59,840 nucleotides of DNA, filler included, from Sphacelaria rigidula (GCA_964200075.2; 10 parts of 10 records of this genome joined end to end with filler, not necessarily neighbours in it); one strand, 5' to 3'; shown: positions 27,066 through 39,793, counted from the first letter of the whole stretch. A program made the numbers and translations. Notes: a model not told the origin generated them from the letters alone.

Positions 27066-28027
27066 ATTCGTCAATTATCAGGTGAGTCCTGAACAGAGGC
27101 TCGGCTTGCAGTACTGTTGACGGAAAACAAAAACATACACCATGACAAGGAAATCGATCAGGCGGCGTTATCCCAGGATGGTCGAAATCAACTACAGTAG
27201 ACTCGAGTCATTTGTGCCAACGTCAACAACGCGACGTCAGGTATTACATGCGTGTGCTGTCACAGGGGGAAGTGACAGTCTCCACGACTGACGGTTCAGC
27301 TTCCCACACCTTAGAACCATGCTGCGCGGTGGAGTACCGCAGCACACAAAAGGGCGCCCGGGGGGAAGGGGGGTGGGGGGATTGCGCATCTACTAATATC
27401 TGGGGTGCTCGCCGAGGTACAGGGGGGGCGTTTTAATTCGGCACAAGTCAAATCAACCATATGCTACTACAGCATGAGCCATCAAAACCAACTATCAACC
27501 ACCACCAATGTAATAGATCGGCGGGCACACAGTTTGCACATGGCCCTGTGGCGGGTGCGATACTTGTTTGAAATCAGAGTGGACACACTGTAGTGAGACA
27601 GAGTTACGGTTGGCTACATGCACAAGGCGGAAGTTGAACGCAGTTGCGGTCAAATTGACGCGTGGTCGGAAAACCAACAAAGTGCGTCACCATGGCACTC
27701 ACGCGGATAGAAACAAGCGGGAACAGGATCAAGGGCAGCTACAGCAAATCGCTCAGCAGCTACAAGCAGTGTACCAACGGAGGGGCAGATACGTATTATT
27801 AATACGCGAAGCGGGGGCAACGTACAGCAGTCTTCACTACCATTGTACAATGCAACCAAGCCCAGAGTGAGCTGATGCCCACGACAATCAGAATAGACCA
27901 GGGGCGCCCCACTAAATATAAGTAAAAAACGCACGAAGATGAAAAGCGAGTTACTGACTACAGCTTGAGCAGAAAACACAACGACGAGCAACACAAAGAC
28001 TTCCTATAATAAGCAAGTAGAACAAGG

Positions 28028-28044
28028 TCCTGCCATCGACGCCA
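28028..28044 (-). promoter_or_regulatory. Primer-binding site complementary to a tRNA-Ser 3' end (TGGCGTCGATGGCAGGA)
   Basis: Starts with TGG; matches the tRNA-Ser 3' end at 46060-46076 at 15/17. Confidence 0.75.
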
Positions 28045-28046
28045 AT

Positions 28047-28406
28047 TGTCATATAAAGGGAGTGGATTAGCTAATGCACTGGCTGGGGTCTCTTAGTATA
28101 AATGCCAGGAGATACCATGGTGCTAACCCACCAAGCTCCCACGTGGGCAACTTCACACAGACCTAGCTATCCATCTTTGACTATCACAGAGTAGGTTCAT
28201 CCATGTTCAGACTGTTGACTAGGAACTCACGTGTTTGCTTAGCATCATGTTTTATCTACAAGCCTCTCTTACTCAGCATAGCCTGGGCGCAGCCATAGGA
28301 GCAGAGCGTAGTGATGGCGCAGGGTAGAGACCAAGGCAAGCCGGCAACTGGTTTAAATGGGGCAACGCGGCCTGCGGCCGGGGCTGAACAACCCTAACTG
28401 ATGACA
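28047..28406 (-). mobile_element. 5' LTR (360 bp) of an LTR retrotransposon
   Basis: Bounded by the 6-bp inverted repeat TGTCAT...ATGACA; a PBS follows 2 nt later on the minus strand. Confidence 0.7.
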
Positions 28407-31385
28407 GTAGCGAACGCAGTAACAACGCGTCACGGAATCCAGGGTCTACGAGCAGACCCGCACAGCGTATATCTTGCGAGGCCTCTGAGCTTCATCACAT
28501 AGAGAACATACGATCTATCCTAACCATTGTGATGATGCAAAAATTCTAAACAGGGCTACAGACACCCCGGGGGGGGAGATTTTTTAAGGTGAAACGGGCT
28601 GAATACCGCATTTTCTCTTGTCTCCGGCGGCGGGGCACCCTCATCAACCGGGAAGGGGGGGGGCGTTATCGGGGCTTCGATGCTCGCCGTCGGTATTTTC
28701 CCAGTTGATCGGTGTCGCAGATAAACGCCGATGAATTGGGAAAACAACGACTAACAGGCCGTTGGCGTGACTAGTTGAAACTTGGCTGACCAGAGCCGCC
28801 AACTCACAGGTCCGCCTTTCGTGCTGTTGTGTGCTAGGGTATACTGAATTACCAGGATCTTGCTTTTTGTAGGTAGTGAGGAAAGTACCTCAAGAAGGCC
28901 TTATTCTCCCTATTTCTTTGTCAGCTTGCGTACTTGAGCAATGCCTTCACCACCCACGGCCCGCCTGTGCGTCAGCAGCACAAAGGCGAGGAGATTTCGC
29001 TGCCCTCGGTTTTATCGTTCGGACGCGGGTCTGCGCAATAGGGCTGATGGGAAGATAATACGTGCTTGTGTGCTCACGACAGTACTCGCTGTGTAGCGGC
29101 ACTGTACCGTACCAGTCAACCATCAGTTCGACCGCGCTGGAAAATGCTTTGGATTGCGTCAGTGCATCGCTGGCGAGGGTGCAGAAGCGATCGTAGGGAC
29201 GCCACGGCAGGAGAAATTTACATTTGTATTTTGTTGCACATTCCTCACACGCTGACCGTTACCAGGGTGGTATCCCACGTTGCAAATCATGTACAAGCTG
29301 GGTGGTGTTTCAGACTATGGGGCCTTCACGGTCGCACCAGACCACCTGGCGCATGGTGAACCGCTTCAACCGGTTCAATTTCGAAGTCGAAAGTTCGATA
29401 GCAAAAGCGTGACACACGAGTCGTCACACGCTACACGATCATGATGTTGACCATCTGTGTTTCTGTGACGGAAGTTGACGCGATCCCTTGACGCCTACCG
29501 CTCTCGCACGAGAACAGCGTCATGATTCATTCTGTAAGGCTCAATTGCCCGAGGACAAAGTGTGATCGCGTGGTTTGCCGTGGTTTGCAGCGTCTGGTGG
29601 GCGTTTTCCGTTCTCCACTGTTCCCTTGTTTTCGGATCCAGAGGTGGTGCGCCTCATCTATGCAAAGTGGAGGGATAGCATGACCACTCCTTCCTCCTAT
29701 TTTTGGGCATGAGGCCGCAGGGGCAGGCGAGGTGTGTGTGCATACCGTAGTGGGCGTCTGAAGTGTCGAGGGCTGTTCTGGAGGTTTTCTCGCGCACTAC
29801 TCTCCGGTAGAACTCGAAAGTGTTAGCGTCGGTAGATGTTGGGTGAGATGGACAGATTGTCGTCACATCANNNNNNNNNNNNNNNNNNNNNNNNNNNNNN
29901 NNNNNNNNNNNNNNTTAATTAATTAANNNNNNNNNNNNNNNNNNNNNNNNNNNNNNNNNNNNNNNNNNNNCGCCCCGCAGGGGGGGGGGGGGGGCGGGGG
30001 GGTGGGGGGGGGGGGGGGGGGGGGCGTTCTCATTTGTTAGCCATTTGCTCACCCTTGTCGAGCTCACGTCATAGCATTTGGTTTCCCCTTATTTCCATAA
30101 TATCTCTTTACTTTTGCCTTGCACCTCTCACATTCACGTATGGACATTATCTCGTCTTGGTTTCTTCTTACGTCCTTCTGTACTTTCTCGACTACACTTT
30201 TCCGCATTATTCCAGCGTGCCCGATCGTCACTTTCTTCCATACGGCCCTGTCAGCTATGGCCGGTAAATCTCTTCCTTGAAATCTTCCTTACGTTATTAT
30301 ATGGCCATTTCAATTTTTCTCATATCCCGATTTGCTCCGAGTCGACGGGGGCGGCAGAGGGGTATGAGATCGAAACAAGTATCGGTGTTCTGAATTGACA
30401 AGAGCGACGATTACTTGGCTAAAAACGAGCATTCTTCGAGAGGGTCATCGAAATAAAACATCGACAGTGAATAGAGAGACCTGGGCCGCGGACATCTCCA
30501 GCGGTCAGCGTACCACTACCGCGACTATAATACTGCTATCACGACCTCTACGACCCTTTGTATGGACAAGGACAGCATGTGCACGGCATGAGAGTTGTGA
30601 TTTCTAATCTCATCAGGTCTCCTGACTTCAAAGTGCGTTTCCGTTGGAGGAGCGGTGAAGCACGTGATACAACGTACGGCGCAACACTGCTAGTAACTCA
30701 ATATCCAGTACAAGTCAGGAGGGACGGGAAGGGTTTCGCTACTGGGTTGGAAACTTGTAAAAAAGCATACCTTCAGTAGGCTAAGGGTAGGCGAAAACCG
30801 GGAGGGGTGGTGGGACCAGGTGGGGGTCAAGGGAATCAGAGGACAGCAAGAGACAAGCAGCACTCCTCTGCCTGCTCAACCCCAAGTTGAAATTCACAGC
30901 AATAAGCCAGTGTGCTGCAGTGCTGCGGGAATTTTTCCCTTCCCGCAGCACTTTTTCGATCGAAAAATGGTGTGCCAAGTAAGGCACGCCCGGGGATGAA
31001 TCAGACCGCGTCTTCCAATCTTTTTGGCAACTCGTATCGAGCCAATGAATGCGGCGGCGTCGAATTCATTTGTTGTGCACGATTTGGGTCCGAGCGACTT
31101 TGCACACGCTTTTGATCGAAAAAGACGCTTATTTCGCTCTACGTTTTTTTTTTATGTCTCGGTAAGACACTATCTTAACGCGCTGCTTTTGGACGCTTGT
31201 TCACCTTGCCGCATTTTCCCTTTTGTCCGCGCGCGAACAAATACAAAAAAAAAATAAGTTGAAGCCAGCCGAGAATATTCATGCTGCGGATCTATCAGAT
31301 CGTTTTGTCTTGTTTTCTTCCTCCGCACATCCTCGATCGAAAAAAAAAGTGTAAAGACACGTCCCAATACTCAAACTGGTCATTT

Positions 31386-31470
31386 GAGGTATCTCAAATT
31401 CGGAGATCCCGGTATATTTGACAGCAAATTGCTGTGAAATTTACAGGGAACCGCGAGTCTGAGATACCTC
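31386..31470. repeat. 85-bp imperfect palindrome
   Basis: gaggtatctca...acagc aaatt gctgt...tgagatacctc. Confidence 0.8.
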
Positions 31471-31534
31471 TATTGTGGGGGCAATTCCCTTTCAAGAGGG
31501 GATTTTCGGAAAGGGGATGATGCCCTTCGGTAAA

Positions 31535-32037
31535 ATCCGCCTTTTAGGTCGCTCTTTCTGGCAAACAAGAAAAGCGTCCTGTAGAAACGCTTTTTTGGTC
31601 CTTCCTTGCCGTTTTACGCCCTAAAAGAGAGCTATAATAGGCGGAGTTCGACAACTTGGAATGACTTGCCCTACTCGTTGAGACGGTTCCAGGACATATT
31701 TGCAATTTCCAGTGGTTGCAGTTTTTTGTGTTGGCCAAACTTGCATTGTTTGTCCAAGAACGGTCGAGAACGGTTAAATCTAGAAAAAGCTGCCATTTTT
31801 TTGCTGGACTTGACCGTCTCTGGGCAACAATGCAAGTTTGGCCAAGATAAAGACAGCGGCCACCGGAAAACGCGAAGATGTTCTGGAACTGTCTCAACAA
31901 GTAGAGAAGTCATTCCAAGGTGTCAAACTCCGTCTGGCTCTCTTTTGGGGAATAAAACGACCAAGAATGACCAAACAAGCATCTTTGCGGGACTACTCTC
32001 TTATTTGCCGTAAGAAGCGGCCTGACGGCTGATTCTT
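31535..32037. mobile_element. ~500-bp diverged foldback / MITE-like inverted repeat
   Basis: Arms pair throughout, e.g. ttggccaaacttgcattgtt vs aacaatgcaagtttggccaa and ttggaatgactt vs aagtcattccaa; ORFs on opposite strands give similar peptides (WPNLHC). Confidence 0.8.
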
Positions 32038-32848
32038 CGTCAAAACATCAAGTATCGGGTCATGTCAGGACGAGATTCTACAAACCAGTCGTGGAAAACT
32101 CAAGCAGGCACGGTTGAACTTGTGTCAAACATCAAACGCTGGTCCATGGGCCAGACCGTTCCATGTCCAGAACTCCAAGCCCCACACGTCTCAACCACCA
32201 GCGCCACAAAGCTGCAGCGTGCGATGTATCCATTTATCATCCCTCCAGGGGGTTGGACCAACCATTCCGCAGCTCAAAAGCAGCATGGTCATGCTCGAGG
32301 GAGAGGGATATTTGCACTACATTGTTGTCGGCACAACTTAAAACCTGAGGTAGGCCCGAGATGGGTTTGGGACTGTGCAGCTTGAACGCACTCGTTCAAC
32401 ACCACAACAGTGCTGTTGAAGCGTGGGATTATCGATGTAGCGGTTCTACATGATGAGTACAAAAAACTCGCTGACGTGCTGGCGCTGGCGGCTGAGCTGT
32501 CTTGTCACTTGTCACGTGGCGCTCGGTACACGGACGACTTCTGCCATACGAAACTACGAACAAAAAAAACCCATTGAATCCGCAGCACATTTGGTGACGC
32601 ACGAGAGAGTAAGGTTTCTAGGGCCGAAGCTCTTGATAGGAGCGCGGGCCGTGCACTGCCCCACGTTGCCAGGGGGGTTTATTGGGTCGAACCCCCGCAG
32701 TGCCTTGAGGAAAAGCTTTCGAACGCTCGAGGCGCCTACCCCATATGACTGCCGCGAGGCGGTCTAGCCGAAACTCTGGGTAATCGGCACACTTACCCGC
32801 TTGCGGGGTAACTGTTGAGGCAGGTTTCCTCCTTCCTTCAAGGAAGAA

Positions 32849-32879
<31 letters not shown>

Positions 32880-33995
32880 TAATGTTTGCTCAGGCTGTGC
32901 AGTACAGCATAGAGAACAGCGTTACTATTGGTGTGTGCTCCAAAAATAATATTCCAGGCGGCCACCGCGGCACTCGCATTGGTGAATTAATTGCATATGG
33001 CGAGCACAGCGCGCTGGACAGGGCGCTTGCCTCTGGTGATTCGACATTTAACGGTTGACCCGATACTTGCACCCCTAGAGCTCTTGCGGGGTGCACAAAT
33101 GAGGATATTTGGCTCACATTCGACTAGAACTGGCGTTTGACGATATTGTGGGTCCCAGTCATGCAAACCCAACATGCCTTATGGTTCTATGTAGAACCAG
33201 GCCTACAGGTCTTGTCCATGAGAAACTTCTAGCCACGAGGAAGGTTCCTCGTGTGTCGGCAAAACCGCTGTAAGGAGACTTATCGAACTGTTGTCCGTGT
33301 ACCTTGGGAGCCACGGAGAAATGTGTACGCTTCAAGCTCTAAGCCAACGCACACGATGCCATCAAGCTCACAGTATGTGAGCTTGACTGGTTTGTGGCCT
33401 GTCTTTTGTCCGAGACACGGTGCAAGCCTGCACTGCTCGCCCCCCGTCTCTCACTCTACTTCCCAGTCAACTTCTGGGGTCTTCACTGTTAGCTCTCCTA
33501 AGCATTGTTCTGTCCTCAACGCACCGTCATAGCTTAATCGACAGAGCACTTTGCTGTATCAGAGAGGCGAGGGCCCATAACCCCCTATATATTCTACTAC
33601 GGTTGTGTACTTGAGCAGCACAAGATTTGCAGAAAAAATGCCTTTCAGAAATGGTACTCTCATGATGGAATATGACTCACGATACACAAAATCGCTGATT
33701 GTCCGATTGTCTCCGATTATCTCGACGCCAGAGAGGGTGAAAACGTAAAAACAAACCGTGACTTGTACGAAGTAGCACCATTGGTACAGTGCCAGTACCA
33801 ACATGTGTGTAATAAAATTAGAGCCAGTAACTCTAAAATTAGGCACAGGAAGAGTTCGAAGGTATTTTTCTCCTTGCCAACGATATTGCACCGCAGTTGA
33901 AGGGCAAAAACGTGGTTCAGTGTGGACATGAAGGCATGAACAAACGCTTCGATCCTTCATCTCGTTTCATCAAAATGCATCTTGCAGTACCTCAC

Positions 33996-34436
33996 CATTT
34001 GTTCCTTCAAAAATTTCTCCTCAGGAGCAGCACCACCATAAATACCATCAGCATCCATCATTTTCCCCGTCCACATCCCTTGTTGTTGCTGCTGTTGTTG
34101 CTGCTGCTGTTGCTGTAATGCCTCAGCCCGCTGCCGCTTCTGTGCCTCAATCTCTCCGTGTCCCACCCGCTCCTGCTGCTCTCGTCGCCTGATCAGCTCT
34201 CGACGCACATCGGCCAAAGAGAAATCATTTCCCCCCTCCCCTCCGCCGTCATTGTCCCCCGTGACTTCAGTCCCTCCTTCAGCAAGAGAACATCGGCAGG
34301 AGGTAAAGGACAACTGATGACAGCATTTGTCACGATGTCGGTATGTCACCCTGGGTGAAGGCATGAACGCCGGTGCTCTTGGGCAGCAGAGGCATCCCAC
34401 CAATGTGAGCAGCAGGCGTCGCCGTGGGAGGATCAT
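33996..34436 (-). CDS. First exon of an unknown protein with a probable bipartite plastid-targeting presequence and a polyQ tract
   Basis: ATG, hydrophobic signal (LLLTLVGCLCC), APA|FMPS ASAFAP-like site, Q12 run, ATG|gtgagg donor. Confidence 0.65.
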
Positions 34437-35111
34437 GTTTTGTTTATATCAGGGGAAATCAAGTTTCCGCTCTCTGTATCGATGCAGGGGAAATTGTAGA
34501 ATCCTTTACGATAGGATAGGAGCTATACCTCACAAAGATACAGCAGGTATGGTTGGCGAGTCAAAATAACTCACAGACTCCATCATGGTATGATGGTTAG
34601 GAAGGTGACCTCGCAGACGTGATTAATTAATTGATGTTGGGCGCCCATGCCATCAGTCTTTTTCCATGTTCCTGTGCCGAGAGACGCCTCCTCGCAATCC
34701 TCGAAGACACTTATATTTTACTTCTATGTGCTTTCGTTCAAATATATTAATCGGGCCCGCGGTCCAATGAAGACAGATAAATGCGTTGTCTTGTACGTAG
34801 TCATTCGAACCCCTCAAACTCCCAGGCTGTGCATATGTGAAACTTGTACCCCTGCGCGCCTGATACATAACTATCAGGCGTAGTGATCTCGCAGCACATA
34901 GCTGCTGAAAGGCTCAAGCCGGTGGACGCTGTATACGACTCGTCGTAGTGATGAGAGCTATTATTATTATTTTTGAAACTACAAACAATATCCCACCGCA
35001 ACGACCGGCTGGCCCTCGAAGCCGTGATATTCCTGACCCCCCGTACAGGCTTGGCCGGCCAAGACGCGAACTTGTGGATTGCAGGCCCCGTCTCACCTCA
35101 ATTTTGCGAGT

Positions 35112-35343
35112 TAGACTTCGAAATTTGGTACGGAGGAAGAATAATAGGGCATGCGTGCTAAAACGATGTCGTTCGGCGGGACGAGCAGTTTTTTTTCGTG
35201 AGTAAATGGCAATAATAACTAGTATCTACTTATGTAGATATCATCAGGAAAATATCGTTAACACACGTAAAAAAAACTGCTCGTCCCGGGTGACAGCGTT
35301 TTAGAGTGCCACATTTTCCCTCCGTACTAAATTTCGAAGTCTA
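35112..35343. mobile_element. 232-bp MITE with TA at both ends (Tc1/mariner-like)
   Basis: TIR tagacttcgaaatttggtacggagg / cctccgtactaaatttcgaagtcta (24/25) plus inner inverted repeat cgggacgagcagttttttt. Confidence 0.85.
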
Positions 35344-36003
35344 CAGTAGTAGTAGTGGGCGGTCTAACTGTTCATTTATTTCGAGGCATTTTGTGATTTC
35401 TTGGTAATAATTGGCGATTTTCTCGAGCTCTTTTCGCTTGCCACCGCTGCTCACATTCGGGACCTAATGATATTATTTCTTTGTATCTGCTCCACATTCC
35501 AAAAAAAAATCATATGTTGTTCTCAACATCTAGTGACTTACGGGCTGACCGGTCATCGAGGGTCCTGCGACGTTTCAGCCCAGATTCTTACTCTTGGGTA
35601 TTTATTTTCGGTCGATCGAGTCTGTCCCGATCTATTTTCTAAAAAAATCTACAGTCCTGCCTATCCATGGCACTAGAGCCGAAAATCTGTGTTTCACGTT
35701 CATCAGTAAAACTCTCCTGGTGAACGGGGTATTTACTCGTTTCGCCCGATAACACCAACCAGCACTGACTTGGGCACTGTGTTTCGAAGAGGATCTAACA
35801 GCCGATTTTATTTTTTGGGGTTCATACAAAATATGAGGCTGAAGTGGCATATCTCTCTTGCACGNNNNNNNNNNNNNNNNNNNNNNNNNNNNNNNNNNNN
35901 NNNNNNNNTTAATTAATTAANNNNNNNNNNNNNNNNNNNNNNNNNNNNNNNNNNNNNNNNNNNNAATACCCCCACCCCTATCGTAGGATGGCTCACAGGG
36001 TTG

Positions 36004-36312
36004 ACCCTGTGTTAGTGAAATAATAAAAAATAAGTGATCGAGCGACCTGCCCAATCACGGGGAGGCGAAAATTATCGACCAGATCCCAACAACCAGCGCG
36101 GGGATAGTTGTCGAGTGTGATGCCACTGCAAAGATCGTGTGAGGGCCCTCTCCCTTGCCCAGGTAGGCCTCCCCAGGTTTCCAAGTGCATGGCGGTCGCG
36201 GCTTGATTTTATGGTATTACTTGCACTCAGTATCCCGTTCCCGATTTTTTCCGAAGTGTTTTTTGGGTCCCAATTCTATACTGAAACGTAATAATTTTCA
36301 CTAACACAGGGT
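36004..36312. mobile_element. MITE-like element with 17-bp perfect TIR (accctgtgttagtgaaa); diverged copy at 53472-53774
   Basis: TIR seen directly; internal gagcgacctg.ccaatca..gaggcgaaatt.atcgacca shared between the copies. Confidence 0.75.
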
Positions 36313-37317
36313 GGACCGGAAAAAACAGGGAAGGAGTGTACATGCCACGATGTGGTCATTTTCACGAGGCACAAAATCCAGGTGGGCTATGGAAAGACAA
36401 AATGAGCTACCGCAATGAATTCTGCGTATCCCTCTGCCGATGACTTGCAGTGTGCAGTCCATACGTATGTTGTGGACGGGGATGACAAAGCTGTATATAG
36501 GCAGCAAATTTCGGTAGCTGAGAATTGCTCAGAGGGTGCAAGGGAGTATGCAGCGGCAGCTTCTGCTTCAGTTGGAGAGGCGTACTACACTGTACTCTAA
36601 TATAATGTTGTATGCATACGCGCCGCAACGTTGAAACCCGTCGAAGAGAATTTGCCGCGTACAACAAGAGGGGATATGGCGGCCCATCCCGACCACAAAG
36701 GGCTGTGTGGCAAGGTGATGGGGACAAAAGTATAATCCAAAGCCACAAATGGCGGGCGGCCCGCCGGACGCCGCATCCTGTTGGAAGCTCTTTACCACGA
36801 CCCACACCGCTTGCTACGTCAGATGTACACCACCTAATGCGCACCCTGCACCTGAAAATAGTTTGGATGAAACTTTCGGTCTTCGTCATAACCTTGCTGT
36901 TACATACGCGGATTTTCAGCAACACGCCACTGTGTCGTACAGACGTCAGACGCGTCATTCCTGACCAGCCTAATTGGTCGTTCTGGAGGCCCGGTCCCAA
37001 AAGGGTTGAAGTGACAATCCAGGCGGCAACTTTCATTCGTCTGCTATTTGTATCAATACAACATGTATTTACAACGCTTGACAATGTCCTCACCGATATT
37101 AATGTCCATAACGAGTGCGCAGGGTTGTGCATTGTAACGCACCCATCAACTCCGCTGTTTGGTAAAATCAAACGCCCTCTCTCTTTATCATGGAATCACT
37201 TTTGGAATGTCGAAATAACACTACGTAGTAGATGGAAAGGCAATACAAGCCTAGACACTACCCGTCCCGAAAAGAAAAGTGAAACAAACCAATGCAAGGG
37301 GCAGAGAAGCCCCAACT

Positions 37318-37413
37318 CTACATGTAGCAGGGACGCAAGATCTTGATTATCTCCTCCCTTCCACCGAGCCGTTCAGCAAGCCTAATCGCATCGTCTCCAT
37401 CGTAGAGCATCGC
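37318..37413 (-). CDS. Exon 3 (terminal): last ankyrin repeat, AMLYDGDDAIRLAERLGGREEIIKILRPCYM*
   Basis: ccgcag acceptor, phase 0, ends in TAG; completes a ~397-aa protein. Confidence 0.8.
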   Translation of the reverse strand, partial: AMLYDGDDAIRLAERLGGREEIIKILRPCYM

Positions 37414-37882
37414 CTGCGGATGGGGACGTCAGCAGGCCCAGGGACCAGATTGCAGGTAAAAAATTCACGAAATGAATCTACAGACGACATTCTTTATGCA
37501 TAGCTCCCGGGGGGTTAGCCAATAGTCGAGAAGACGCAAGATCATCACACGCAAGATAAAACGGAGGAAGGTTGGACGTAGTGGCCAATGAAATGTAGTT
37601 ACTGACAATGGACGCGCTGCGGAGTGTTGGCCAGAAGGCTCGTTGGGTAAGCGTCAAAAACCCGGGGACAGAAAGGGGAAAGCATATAGCTCATAGAAAC
37701 ACGATACTTGCCTGATTGGATGAGAGACTCAGAAGAACGAGCGTACGTACATTGTTCTGCAAAATCAAGACAGGACTTAGACATACACCCCCATTGTAAT
37801 ACACAAGATGGGCGTAAACTTTCTGTGTTCTGTCTCAGATTCATCTTGATACATACACGTGATAAACACAAGCACCGCACAC

Positions 37883-38285
37883 CTGAGATCGTACATCTGC
37901 GCCAGCAGCCAACAGCGCTTGCACAAGGCTCTCGCACGCGCTTTCCACCGCTTTGAGCAACGGTGTCATGCCCGTACGAGCGCACGGTGCGTTGACGACA
38001 ACGACGTCAACATAACCTCCGTCCCCGCCTCCGGCGATGGGTAAAGCCCTATCCAAGAAGCTTTTCACGGCTTCTACGTTTCCTTGCTCCACTAAGGCGT
38101 GCAGCTCGGTAGACCTTTCCGCCACTTGCCGCAGCGCTGGCGGCGACAACGGGGTTGACGGGAATGGCAGGGTTTCTGACGCTGGCTTCCTGCGGTCTGC
38201 GGCGGCGTCGACCGCGGCACGTTTCTGTAGCAGCTGTAGGTCTGATCCCGCCCCTCCCACGCCACCAAATGGTACGCCGAATAAT
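37883..38285 (-). CDS. Exon 2: ankyrin repeats
   Basis: aag acceptor completes AG|A=Arg; TELHALVEQGNVEAVKSFLD, GMTPLLKAVESACESLVQALLAAGADV; CAG|gtgtgc donor. Confidence 0.88.
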
Positions 38286-39098
38286 CTTTCGTGGTTTGTG
38301 TTGATTTTGATTTTTGTTCACGGTGTGAAAAAATGCCACCACGGCGACCGAAACACACGTCGGCGAGCACAGAAAGGAGGAGACGAGGTCGGCACGAGCG
38401 TTCCTGTATTCTGTGACGTATCAGGTATATCCAAGGCACACCTCGACAACAAAAGTGAAAATTATAACAATACGTGACATATTCAAGTCTCGGTAATGAG
38501 GAGCTGCAGTAGCGGCCCACCACCCGCCGTTCGTAACGAGCGGTTCGTAAGGTTCTTCGCAGCCTTGTGTACAAGTGCTTTTGCTGGGTAAGGGCATGAC
38601 AGATGTCCCTTCAGTAGGCTTGAGCGTTGTCGTGTGCCAATGTTTTGGCCTGAGCACCGCAGGGACAATTTCATAGCGGAAATGCAATCTTGGGTGACAT
38701 GAAATAGAAAAAGCTGTGGCCCGCAGTGCTCGCCGTTATTAAAAGTCAATCAAGGAAGAGAGCACACACGGCCACCGGCTTGCAGCAGGGTCGCCTCGAG
38801 GTGGGCTATCAACTGCAGCTCTGCGAGGCAGAGCCAAGCTCCCAAGGAGAAGAAGCGCGCCGATTCTCAACAATCAGACAGGATTTCAGCCACGATGATG
38901 ACTGTGCGCCAAGGATACGAGAGTTGCAACCCGCGATAGAACCAAGATCATGCGTCAGATGCGGTGCGACAAGCCGCGTACCACAACCGTGTCGCCGATC
39001 AAGAATCAGGTACACTTGGGAAGACGACATGATGCCGTGAACATCAACAACGAAAAATATAGCGACCAGCGATCCACAGAGCGTCACGGCCAATTTAC

Positions 39099-39609
39099 CT
39101 GGTGTGATCATCGTCAGCCAGGACAGCTACAGCCCGTCGCTCTTCCGCCATTCGCACAAAGTAAGACTCCAGCCTCTGGTGCTCTTCATAGGTGAGTCCT
39201 TCTAATCCCACATCAAACTCTCTATCGTCCCCGTCCGTATCATCGTTGTTGGTAACGATGTCACCTGAGTTATCTCCATCATCAATCACCCGCTCTAGTT
39301 CAGTCCCACCCCTCGCTACAGGAGCATTGATCGAACATTCACCAGATATCCTGAGGTTAGCCAAGAAACGGCTCGCATCGTGTCCTGCCAAGCGCGCCAG
39401 ACGCCCACTGCCACCACTTGTGCCGTGTAACCGAAACGCCTCGTCGCGTGAAACGTCGAAAACGACGCCTTTGATCGAAACGAGCCGGACTTCGTTGCTC
39501 TGGTGTTCGGCAAGAACCTTCAGAGGCATTCGTGGGAGTCCACTGAAAGACAGCAAGGAAACATTCTCTTTCGGTTTTCCGTTGTTACCAAAGCCGAGAG
39601 GACACGTGA

Positions 39610-39640
<31 letters not shown>

Positions 39641-39793
39641 AGCAGAAGCAGCAGCATGAGGATCATGATCTGTAGGTGCGGTCGTAGTTGAAGTCGTTAC
39701 GTTTGATCCAAATCCCAAGGGACACGTTTTGCCGCCACGAGGCGAGCTTAAAGATTGGAATGATGATGCAAAGGGACACATTCCACCGCTCAT
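39099..39793 (-). CDS. Exon 1: CP-motif region plus cytochrome b5-like heme/steroid-binding (MAPR-type) domain
   Basis: MCPF, TCPLGFG x2, LVSIKGVVFDVS...LAGHDASRFLA...LEGLTYEEHQRLESY; AG|gtaaat donor, phase 2. Confidence 0.85.

Noticed and set aside
36407..37346. Overlapping antisense ORFs of 254 and 244 aa
   Set aside because: No recognisable motifs or splice structure; they lie just 3' of the ankyrin gene stop, probably UTR or intergenic
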